DNA of 64,000 bases from Octopus vulgaris (taxonomy: Eukaryota): assembly GCA_951406725.2 (NCBI GenBank), contig OX597835.1, positions 13,454,001 through 13,518,000 on the forward strand, written 5' to 3'. The notes below the pieces were generated by a model that was given only the letters and a program-made list of their open reading frames with translations, ran no database searches and had not been told where the DNA came from. The position numbers and the translations under genes were made by a program. Positions 53,888-64,000 of the stretch are shown here, piece by piece (positions within the stretch are counted from its first letter, which is position 1; each line of letters begins with the position of its first letter).

Positions 53888-54365
53888 AACAGAAAAATGT
53901 GTGTGTGTCTGTGTGTCCTTTATACAAATCCACAGTCTTTCACATAGAAGGCTCGCATTTTCTATGGGCTTTCAAAACTGTCTGTGGGTGGCCATGAAGA
54001 TCTTTTCATTTCCCCAGTCACCCCTGAAAGCCATTTGAAAAATTGATAAACTGACCCCTAATGCTCATAAGTTATTTTGCGGGCAAATTCAAGATTTTCG
54101 CTTTCTTCTGCCTCCTTTTTTGTCCGACTAATGGCATGTGCACAGTCCCGCTAATTTTCCATGGTTATGCCATTCCAGGTGTGAAAACCAAAGTCCAGAG
54201 AATTTCTCTCATAAAAAACTCCAAACTAGTTCATAAACAACAAAACTGGCCTGGGCTGAAATGTGATAAGAAACTTAGAGATTTAGGGAGAAATTTTTAC
54301 TGTGACACGGCAACCAACAACAAGTACTAGCACTAGACCTGGCAACGCTGGGTTATAGTGCTAGT
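53875..54365 (+). mobile_element. Non-autonomous Helitron-like element
   Basis: 3' hairpin 'cctggcaacgctggg' (54338-54352), then 8 nt and CTAG|T at 54361-54365. The 5' end is TA-rich and followed by 'tgtgtctgtgtgtcc'. Confidence 0.6.
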
Positions 54366-55159
54366 GTATATATATATATATATAGATCGCGGGCATGGCT
54401 GTGTGGTTAGGGAGCTTGCTTCCTAGCTACATGGTTTCGGGTTCAGTCCCACTGCGTGGCACTTTGGGTAGGTGTCTTCCACTATAGCCCCCGAGTCGAC
54501 CGAAGCTTTGTGATTGAATTCAATAGGCGGGAACTACTGCCGTGTGTGCGTATAGCTGCTCAGTGGCTCTCCGAAAGAGAGAGATGGTATTGTTTGTAAA
54601 GAATAAAAAGTTTTGAATGGTACAACAATGTACTATAATACAAACAGTGGGCTATACACCTAGCCAAACAATACACAGTGCTTCAAGTGAACTACAATAC
54701 TCTCCCGCACAAGCTATGTTGATTTGATGGAGGGAGTGACCTAATGTGTGGCACAGACATTTGACCACTAGAAATAGATCATTTGTGCAGGTCCTTCAGA
54801 AAAATCTGGACACTCATATATCAGCAATAGAAGATCACTTAACCCTTTAGTGTTCTGATTATTCTATCAAACATAATGCTTATTGATTCACATTGATTTG
54901 AATTAATCATGCATTATCTCATATCTTCAAGATCTTGATGGTATAATTAGCTAATGTAGAATAGCATTGTAGGGTAGGTGTGAGAGCCTGGATCTGGTCA
55001 GTTTGAACATAAAACAGATTAAATATTTTGGCCAGGGTTAATAATCTATCAGAATGATCCTTTCCTCTTTTCAAGCCAAATCTAATTGAAGAATCTTTCT
55101 CCATGGCATTTCACTAGTCTTACACCTCTGAGTTTATAGCCTTTCTTATATAAATATAT

Positions 55160-55625
55160 ATTTCTTTACTACCCACAAGGGGCTAAACACAGAGAGGACA
55201 AACAAGGGCAGACAAATGGATTAAGTCGATTATATCGAACCCAGTGCATGACTGGTATTTAATTTATCGACCCCGAAAGGATGAAAGGCAAAGTCAACCT
55301 CGACGGAATTTGAACTCAGAACGTAATGGAAGACGAAATATCGCTAAGCATTTCATCCGGCGTGCTAACGTTTCTGCCAGCTTGCCGCCTTAATAAAATA
55401 CCTATTTCTTTACTACCCACAAGGGGCTAAACACAGAGAGGACAAACAAGGGCAGACAAACGGATTAAGTCGATTATATCGACTCCAGTGCGTAACTGGT
55501 ACTTATTTAATCGACCCCTGAAAGGATGAAAGGCAAAGTCGACCGTGGCAGAATTTGATCTCAGAACATAATGGCAGATGAAATACTGCTAAGCATTTCG
55601 CCCAGTGTGCTAACGTTTCTGCCAG
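55160..55625 (-). mobile_element. Two head-to-tail copies of SINE family B
   Basis: 'tatttctttactacccacaaggggctaaacacagag...' begins at ~55160 and again at ~55404. Confidence 0.8.
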
Positions 55626-55841
55626 TCTCTCTTATATAAATATATATGAACCCATGTAGTCATGTCTTATCCATCTTTTAGTGTTTCAAACTGTTCCGTA
55701 TCGGTTGCCTGGCAGCAGGGAAACCAGCCCCACTCAGTAATCATGATATGATCTAACCCTTTCTGTTATAAGCACTATACTGAATGGCTTTGGTAGATGG
55801 AAACTAAAGGAAGCTTATTGTGTGTATGTATATATATATAT

Positions 55842-55969
55842 AACTAAAAATAAAGGTGTCTAAGAGACACCACCATGCCGAAATAGCAGTCAAATCCCTG
55901 ACTCTAAAACCAGCGATTTGACTGCTATTTTGGCACGGTGGTGTCTCTCAGACACCCTTATTTTTAGTT
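55842..55969. repeat. Fold-back with ~58-bp arms and ~10-nt loop
   Basis: 'aactaaaaataaaggtgtc..gaaatagcagtcaaatccctg' pairs with 'cagcgatttgactgctatttt..gacacccttatttttagtt'. Confidence 0.9.
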
Positions 55970-56064
55970 GTAAAAAATTATTACCTTTGTATGGTATTTT
56001 TCCCATGCTGGCCACTTGATAATATTGATATTATCCTTATTTATAAATTCATATATATATATAT

Positions 56065-56462
56065 GTGGCACGTAAAAAGCACACCCACTACACTCACGGA
56101 GTGGTTGGCGTTAGGAAGGGCATCCAGCTGTAGAAACACTGCCAGATCAGACTGGAGCCTGGTGCAGTCTTCTGGCTTCCCAGATCCCCAGTCGAACCGT
56201 CCAACCCATGCTAGCATGGAAAGCGGACGCTAAACGATGATGATGATGATATATATATATATATATCTATCATCATCATCATCATCATCATCATCGTTTA
56301 ACGTCCGTTTTCCGCGCTAGCACGGGTTGGACGGTTCGACCGGGGTCTGGGAAGCCAGGGGCTGCTCCAGGCTCCAGTCTGATCTGGCAGAGTTTCTACG
56401 GCTGGATGCCCTTCCTAACGCCAACCACTCCGCGAGTGGAGTGGATGCTTTTTACGTGCCAC
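56065..56462. mobile_element. Tail-to-tail inverted pair of family C retroposons
   Basis: + copy 56065-56250 and - copy 56269-56462, separated by ~20 nt of TA repeat. Confidence 0.85.
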
Positions 56463-57397
56463 CTGCACAGGGGCCGGTGGGGTCCGATATATATATATAT
56501 ATGTATATATTATGTGTGTGTGTGTGTCTTTGTGTTTGTCCCCCTCACAACCATCTTTTCACAGTTGATGTTGGTGTATTTATGTCCCTGTAACTTAGCA
56601 GTTCAGCAAAAGAGACCGATAGAATAAGTACCAGGCTTACAAAGAATAAGTCCTGGAGTTGATTACTTTGATTAAAAATCCCCATAAGGCAGTGCTCCAG
56701 CATGGCCACAGTCTAATGATGAGAACAGGTAAAAAAAAAAAAGGTAAGAGATATATCAATATGTAATTAAGTAGACTTGAGCAGAGAAAACTGTTTAATG
56801 GAACAAAAAGCTTGAATGGCATTGGTGGTTTTGGTCCTCCTTGGGTCAGGTCTGCACCAGTTTCTTATTTGTGTCTTATTCTTATTTCAAAGAGATAGCA
56901 TCTTATCCTTTTTTTTTTGGATTTTTTTTAATGATATTTGCCAAAAGCTGGCCTAATCTATGTGTCGAAAAACTAACGACAATTTTTAAATGAGGCCATG
57001 CTGTCGTTAAGAACAGATGAGATGAGTTTAGCGTATCATTAGTAGCATGAGACCTAGTGGTTAATGTGTTTGGATTACGATTACAAAGTTGTGGGTTCAA
57101 TTCCTGGACAAGACGGCACATTGTGTCCTTAAACAAGGCCATTGTTTCACATTGCTCCAGCATATTCAACTGAAAATGACTATCAGCTTAGTATTCATGC
57201 GTCTCTCTCTCTCTCCCTATCTCTCTCTTTCATCCTCTATTTTATGTACTGCAGGGACAAGGGTCTGAGCATTAAGAAGGTACCTATGCTCACAACTTCA
57301 TAGGGACTTAAAACAATAAGCACCAAATTGTGGTACAAGCTATTTGGTCATACTTGCTTGTGAGTGACAGCTACACTGGATATTTCTCGTTACTTTA

Positions 57398-57614
57398 TCA
57401 TTAGTTAGTTAGTTAGTTAGTTAATTTTTAGGCTCAAAAAGCAAAAAAGCAAGGCCATGTAGGGAGACATGGAGTTATGTACAGGGTGGTGTTCATGTAA
57501 AGAGTTCAGGCCACTTGTGGTCAAGGGAGACTTTGAACCGAGCGGTCGTCGGCATCTTCACCATCTCGTCCGGCAGCTTTTTCCACGGATCCGCGCAACA
57601 CGGATCCTTCATTA
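57398..57614 (-). mobile_element. 5'-truncated CR1-type LINE 3' end with (TAAC)n tail and probable TSD 'tcatta'
   Basis: Minus strand gives ADPWKKLPDEMVKMPTTARFKVSLDHKWPELFT*, like the CR1 ORF2 C-terminus. (TTAG)n at 57401-57420; tcatta at 57398 and 57609. Confidence 0.75.
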
Positions 57615-60600
57615 ATACATACGAAACAAATAATTAAACAATGGCAATACCCATTCTTTATAATCTGTGAAAATGTCATCCTTTATAGATTACGACAACA
57701 ATCAGGAGGCAGAGAATATTTGTGGAGGTAACACTAAATCCATTATTAACTACAGGATATGTTGATTAATATTGCATTTCCTAAATAATGACTTTGTCTA
57801 ATGTCGTTTAAGCACCATCGATCTATAGAGATTGTCTCTTTGTCAATATGTCTGTTTATGAGATAGAACTAAATCTATTGCAACTAATTCCAGAGTTTAT
57901 TGTCTTACATCTATATTCTGACTTTCTCCACCAAACTGATAAGTGTCTCCAATATTTCGCTGAAATTGCTAATTATGCTGGCATTACCATTTCGGTCTTG
58001 TTTTATTTTTATTTATTTATTTATTTTCGGGGGAGAGATGAATTTAGAATTGGTCCCTTAACGACATCAGAATTTCCTTCTAACTGGCATTTAAGGTAAT
58101 AGTCAGTGCATTAATCATTATTACAACAGTAATTTCTCAGTATGACCTTCATTTTGATGCCTGAATAGAATCGCCTCTCTTTTACATTCATAGGAAAAGT
58201 GTGAACTTCTCAACCTCTCAGGACCCCTGTCCTTAAAAATTCTCAGGGTCCATTTCTCTTGTTGAAATGATTTCTTCCTTCAATATATTAGCTCTGTAGG
58301 GCGGCGAGCTAGCAGAAACGCTTGCGGACTGGGTGAAATGAAATGCTTAGTGGTATTTCATCTGTCTTTATGTTCTGAGTTCAAATTCCACCAAGGTCGA
58401 CTTTGCCTTTCATCCTTCTTGGGTTGATAAATTAAGTACCTGTTGCATACTGGGGTCAATATGATCAACTGGCCTCCTCCCTTAAAATTTCGAGCCTTGT
58501 GCCTAGAAGAGAAAATATTAGCTCTGTACTATAGAGTGTACTGGATGCTTTTTACATTGTACCAGCACAAGGGCTTTTTATGTGGCACCAGCACATGTAT
58601 ATATGTGTGTATGTTTGTGTGTGTATGTGTGTGTTACTCTCATTGCCTTGACTTCGTACGATAGGGGTAAACAAATGTCACCATCACACAAGCAGTGACC
58701 TTCATTACCAATATTCCATGGAAACATGTCTGGCCATGGAGAAATGCTACCTGACCTGCAAACAGGTGATGGTTGGCAACAGTAAGGGCGCCCAGCTGTT
58801 GAGAATTTGCGTCATCATATTCCATCAAACTTATGCAAGCGATGCCCTTCATTTCCAATCTTCCATGAAAACATGTCCAACCATGGAGAAATATTACCTT
58901 GCTTGGAAACAGGCGAGGGTTGGTGACAGGGAGGGCATGCAGCTGTAAAAAAAATCTGCTTCAACAAGTACTGTCTGACCCATGCAAGCATAGAAAAGTG
59001 GACATTAAATTGTGATGATGGTGGAATAAAACTTTTTTTTTGTCTTTGCTTCAATTGTATAGAAACACATATAGAGATATATACACACTTGCAAAATCAC
59101 ACACATACAGACACACACAAGCACATGCATAAACATGTGTGTGCACACACACACACACACACACATACATACACAAAGATAAATGTAGATACAACACATA
59201 CAACCCCCTGCTGCCATCTGGTTGGACTGAAGAATTTATGCTCTGCTATATATGTATATGTATGTGTGTGTGTGTGTATACACATACATATATATATATA
59301 TATCTGTTGTCTTCAACTCAGTGAAACCTTCCCACACACAAGACAAACACAAACACACACAGACAAATACACACACACACAGAGAAACACACACATGCGC
59401 AAACGCAAACACCACACAAATACTCCCACACACACATACACACAAACACACACAGACTCATAAATACACACACAAACACACACACACACATACACACACA
59501 CAAACACATACAGACTCTATGAGTCCAACACACACACACAAACACACACACACAAACACACACATGCAAACACACACACACAGACTCATAAACACACACA
59601 CAGAGAAACATATACATGCAAACACATGCATAGACACAAAGACACACAGACTCATAAACACACACATACACAAACACACACCGCACACATGCAAACACAA
59701 ACACACACACACACACCCCACAACACCCACCCCAGTGCCACTGGATTTCAACAATGGACATATATATATATATATATATCATAATACTGTACAACATATA
59801 CATATCACTAGTTTTACGTTGATAGGAATCAACATGCTAAAGTGTATGAAACTCGATATTGTTCTTGTGGTGGTTGTCGTCGTCGTCATCGTTGTGGTTA
59901 ACCCAAGTCAGCGAGTGGAGAAACGGTCTGCAAAGGAATCTCAACTTCTTTGTCTGATGCGGAAAAAAAAAAACCCAGCAACGACAACAACAACAACAAC
60001 AGCAACAAACAAACATTCTTCTCATCAAATTTGACTGGAACTGCTTCTGCCCCCCCTCTCCCTCCCCCTCTCTCTCTCTCTGTCTCTCTCTCTCTCTTTA
60101 CCGTTTCCTAAACACAAAGGAACACTCATCAATATTTTTGCATATTTACCAACAGCTTCAAGAAAGATCATTTCCATAATACAGCATGGAACTCACCGTC
60201 AGTTCTCCCGTGCCACATCTCCTCCTCAGCGTCATCGTCATCGTCATCATCGCCACCACCACCACCGCTGCCGCCATCATCATCACCTTCATCATCATTA
60301 TCATCACCATCACAGCCATCATCATCACCCTCTCATCATCATCATCACCACCACTGCCATCATCATCATCACCATCACAGCCATCATCATCACCCTCATC
60401 ATCATCATCATCACCACCACTGCCATCATCATCATCACCCTCATCAGCACTGTCATCATCATCATCTTTTCTGCCACCTCCTCCTCCCCCTCTTCTTCCT
60501 CCTTTGTATCCTCTTCTTCCTCTTCCTATTTGCCTTCTCCCATTCTTTCCCTCCTTCTCCCCTCTCCTCTTCCCCTCCCATCTTGTTTTCCCTTCCTTTT

Positions 60601-61156
60601 GTTTTTCTCCTCCCCCTCCTTCCTCTTCTTCTTCTTCTTCTTCTTCTTCTTCTTCTTCTTCCCTTTGTTTCTTTGCAACAAACCATGACAAACTACAAAG
60701 AACTCCAAACAATGTTCTTTGCATCTTAAGAAGTTGCTGTGTACATGCAAACAAACACACACACACACACACATGTGCTGTACATGGTGCACATACACAC
60801 ACACACAGCTCATAAGCAGAACGAGCCACCAAGACAGTATTTATGGCTGCAGTTTAGCTCACTCCTCCAATCTCTTCACTTATGTGTTTAACGACTTGCT
60901 ATAACATGCAAGCCACAAAAACACACCCCTGAACACCACCACAACACATAAATCTTAAACTTTTGGCCTCCCTATCTATCTCTCACTCTGTTTCACTCTC
61001 TCTCTATATATATATATATGTGTGTGTGTGTCTGTATACATATATACTTATATACACACACACGCATATATATACATACATAAACTTACTTGGAAATGGA
61101 TGTGTGGTGTTCAATTAAATAATAATATATATATATATATATATATACATATATAA

Positions 61157-61350
61157 AGTTAATCCAAACATGAAAACACAAAGGGAAAACAACAACAACG
61201 CGAGGACGTGGAACAAATATAGTATTATTGGACGCTCAGGAAGGAAGGGAAGAAGGAGGGTTTAACGTTTCGAGCAGAGCTCTTCATCAGAAACATAGGA
61301 AAAGGAAAGATCCAAATAAGGGAAGACGGAGGGAAAAAATCGCCAATGGT
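61157..61350 (-). mobile_element. Family P2 copy, motif at 61260-61294 with canonical CUGAUGA core
   Basis: Minus strand reads GUUU CUGAUGA A GAGC UCU GCUC GAAAC GUU AAAC. 'gttaatccaaaca' abuts (TA)n. Confidence 0.6.
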
Positions 61351-61364
61351 ACACACACAGTCTG

Positions 61365-61573
61365 TAAATATAATATGTGATAGTTATTTGGTAGCCATGA
61401 TAAAACTCCGAGTTTCGGATGTCTGGGTGGAATCACACACTGCCATTTCTTCAGTTATCCAGACATCGCAAGGAAAAAAAAAACTGAAGAGATGGTGGCG
61501 TGGGTTTCTGCCCTGACATCTGAAACTCAGAGTTTTATCATGGCTATCAAATAATTGTCACATATTATATTTA
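61365..61573. repeat. Inverted repeat (~92-bp arms, 25-bp spacer), each arm carrying a type I hammerhead-like motif; Penelope-like inverted termini
   Basis: Arms 61365-61456 and 61482-61573 are reverse complements. Minus strand 61459-61399 reads GAUAA CUGAAGA..GAAA CUCGGAG UU UUAUC; plus strand 61482-61539 reads AA CUGAAGA GAUG..CAUC U GAAA CUCAGAG UU UUAUC. Confidence 0.65.
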
Positions 61574-61641
61574 GAGATAAATTCCTCTATTTATGTAATG
61601 TCGAGGTCTCTTTCATTCTTTTGTTGTCCTACCATTTCTAT

Positions 61642-61759
<118 letters not shown>

Positions 61760-61877
61760 GTATTTGCATATACAGGTAGAGGACGTCACTGACTGTAAAC
61801 AACACGAAATACGCAAACTGAATCAGGAAACATTTAGTTAGGAAGCAAACTTCTGACCACACAGTCACACTTGTGCC

Positions 61878-61918
<41 letters not shown>

Positions 61919-61941
61919 TATACATATATATATATTCCGTG

Positions 61942-61982
<41 letters not shown>

Positions 61983-62529
61983 CATATGTATGTATATATA
62001 TAAAAAACTGTTCAATAAATTTTCATGAGTCAGTATATTAGACTGATTATATTATTTGAATAATATTACAAATATAGTCTCATAACAGCCAATTCAAGTT
62101 ACCGAATGGTTTCATGTTGAAGAACCTTCTAACTGAAGAGAGATTATTTAACAGTTTTCAGGTAGAACTGAATGGAAAACTAAAACTGGGCTTCTTTATT
62201 ATATTTTATGGTGTAATTCAGAGACACAACTTGTTTGATGGTTTTCGATGATGCGAGTGGCATTGTTTTTCGGGTATCAGTTTTCTTGCTACCAGTGCTA
62301 ATCAGCTTGGTATGTCTATCAGTCTGTTCGGAATGCTTGCTGCTAAAGGTCAGTGAGATAACTCCAGTAAAGGTTGACCTCTTGGGCCCCAGTATCCAAC
62401 AATCGAGTTCATTCTCTGTGTTTTCTTTCATGAAGCTTTTAAATAACAGGTTCTATGTGTGTATATACACATGTATGTATATGTGTGTGTATCTTGCATA
62501 TATATATATATATATATACACACATATTT

Positions 62530-62573
<44 letters not shown>

Positions 62574-64000
62574 TATTTATAATGTGTGTGTATATATATA
62601 TATATATATGTGTGTGTATATAAATAGTTGTGTGTATAAATACATGCGTTTGTGTGTGTGTGTGTGTGTGTAATGCATGTATGTATATGTATATATTTAT
62701 ATACATGTATTTGTATGTGTGTGTGTGTGTATTTTATACACAAACACACAATGATGTATTAGTGTGTATACATACATAGCGTGTGAATATGCATGTATGT
62801 AATGTGTGTTTGTGTTTGTGTGTGTGTGTGTGTGTGTGCGTGTGTCCTTATTTATTCTCTAATCCAAATAGAATCCTTATCTGCCACGGAAAAGATCTCA
62901 ATCATTCCTTTCTTAACTCTGACCTTTCTGAGATCATCCTCGATTCAACGATACAAAGTTCCTGTTTCAAAGTGATCTAAATGGATACCTACCATCAAAA
63001 TTCCATGCTAATTTGTTCCAAACATGAGTTTAATAAAGACAAAGTTGGTTTACTAAATGTTTCTGTACTATCATCATCATCATCATCATCATCATCATCG
63101 TTTAACGTCCGCTTTCCATGCTAGCATGGGTTGGACGGTTTGACTGTGGGCTGGCGAACCAGATGGCTGCACCAGGCTTCAATCTTGATCTGGCAGAGTT
63201 TCTACAGCTGGGTGCCCTTCCTAATGCCAACCACTCCGAGAGTGTAGTGGGTGCATTTTACGTTCCACTGGCACAGGGCCAGTCAGGCGGCACTGGCAAT
63301 GACCTAGCTCGAATCTTTTAAACGTGCCACTGGCGTGGGTGCCAGTAAGGCGATGCTGGTAACGATCACGCATGAAAGGTGTTTTTTACATGCCACCTGC
63401 ACAGAGGCCAAACAGCCGCTCTGGCAATGATCACGCTTGATATGGCAGAGTTTCTACAGCTGGATGCCCTTCCTAACGACAACCACTCCGAGAGTCTAGT
63501 GGGTGCTTTTGCGTGTCACCGGCACATGGGCCGGTCAGGCGGCACTGGCAACGACCTAGCTCGAATCTTTTACACATGCCACTGTCATGGGTGCCAGTAA
63601 GGCGACGCTGGTAACGATCACGCTTGAAAGGTGTTTTTTACGTGCCACCAGCACGGAGGCCAGATAACCGCTCTGGCAATGATCACGCTCGGATGGTAAA
63701 CAAAATTAATTGAATCAAAGATTTTGTGTTTTAACAGAAATATGGTTGCAATAAGGATTAAAGTGAATGAAATGAAAACCTTCCATTGAAATTCCATGTT
63801 CGTTTATGTTCCAAACACTAGCTTAATACCGACAAAGCTATTTTGCTAAATTCTTAGCCATTTTCGCAATTAATTGAAATGAATGTATGTATGTCAGCAG
63901 GGTGAGAATGATTTAAATTAAAACCTTCTATCAAAATTCCATGTCAACTTATGTTCAAAACTCAAGTTTTCACAAGGTGCAGGAGTGGCTGTGTGGTAAG

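Noticed and set aside
62180-62431. 83-aa minus-strand ORF and overlapping 115-aa plus-strand ORF in unique sequence
   Set aside because: No recognisable motif or convincing splice pair; could be UTR or chance.

Overview
This is AT-rich, repeat-dense eukaryotic (animal) DNA. The SINE families and extreme microsatellite load suggest a coleoid cephalopod, probably Octopus (inference). It looks intronic or intergenic: there is no intact gene, and nearly all ORFs in the track are microsatellite or SINE read-through. The window holds dozens of copies of about 4 retroposon families, TTAA-flanked piggyBac-like MITEs and Helitron-like ends. It also holds decayed DD37D Tc1/mariner, pogo/Tigger and hAT transposases, LINE 3' fragments, and two weak + strand candidate exons. 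The main finding is a set of minimal type I hammerhead-ribozyme-like motifs (CUGANGA-A-stem II-GAAAC-GUH) of the kind found in Penelope-like elements and retrozymes. Four lie in a tandem array of 310-399 bp units (~31730-33152, minus strand) that resembles a non-LTR retrozyme, and others are dispersed or arranged as an inverted pair (61365-61573). Several long fold-backs could form dsRNA if transcribed, and there is one pre-miRNA-like hairpin and a palindromic RFX X-box. All calls are by eye; no searches or folding programs were run.
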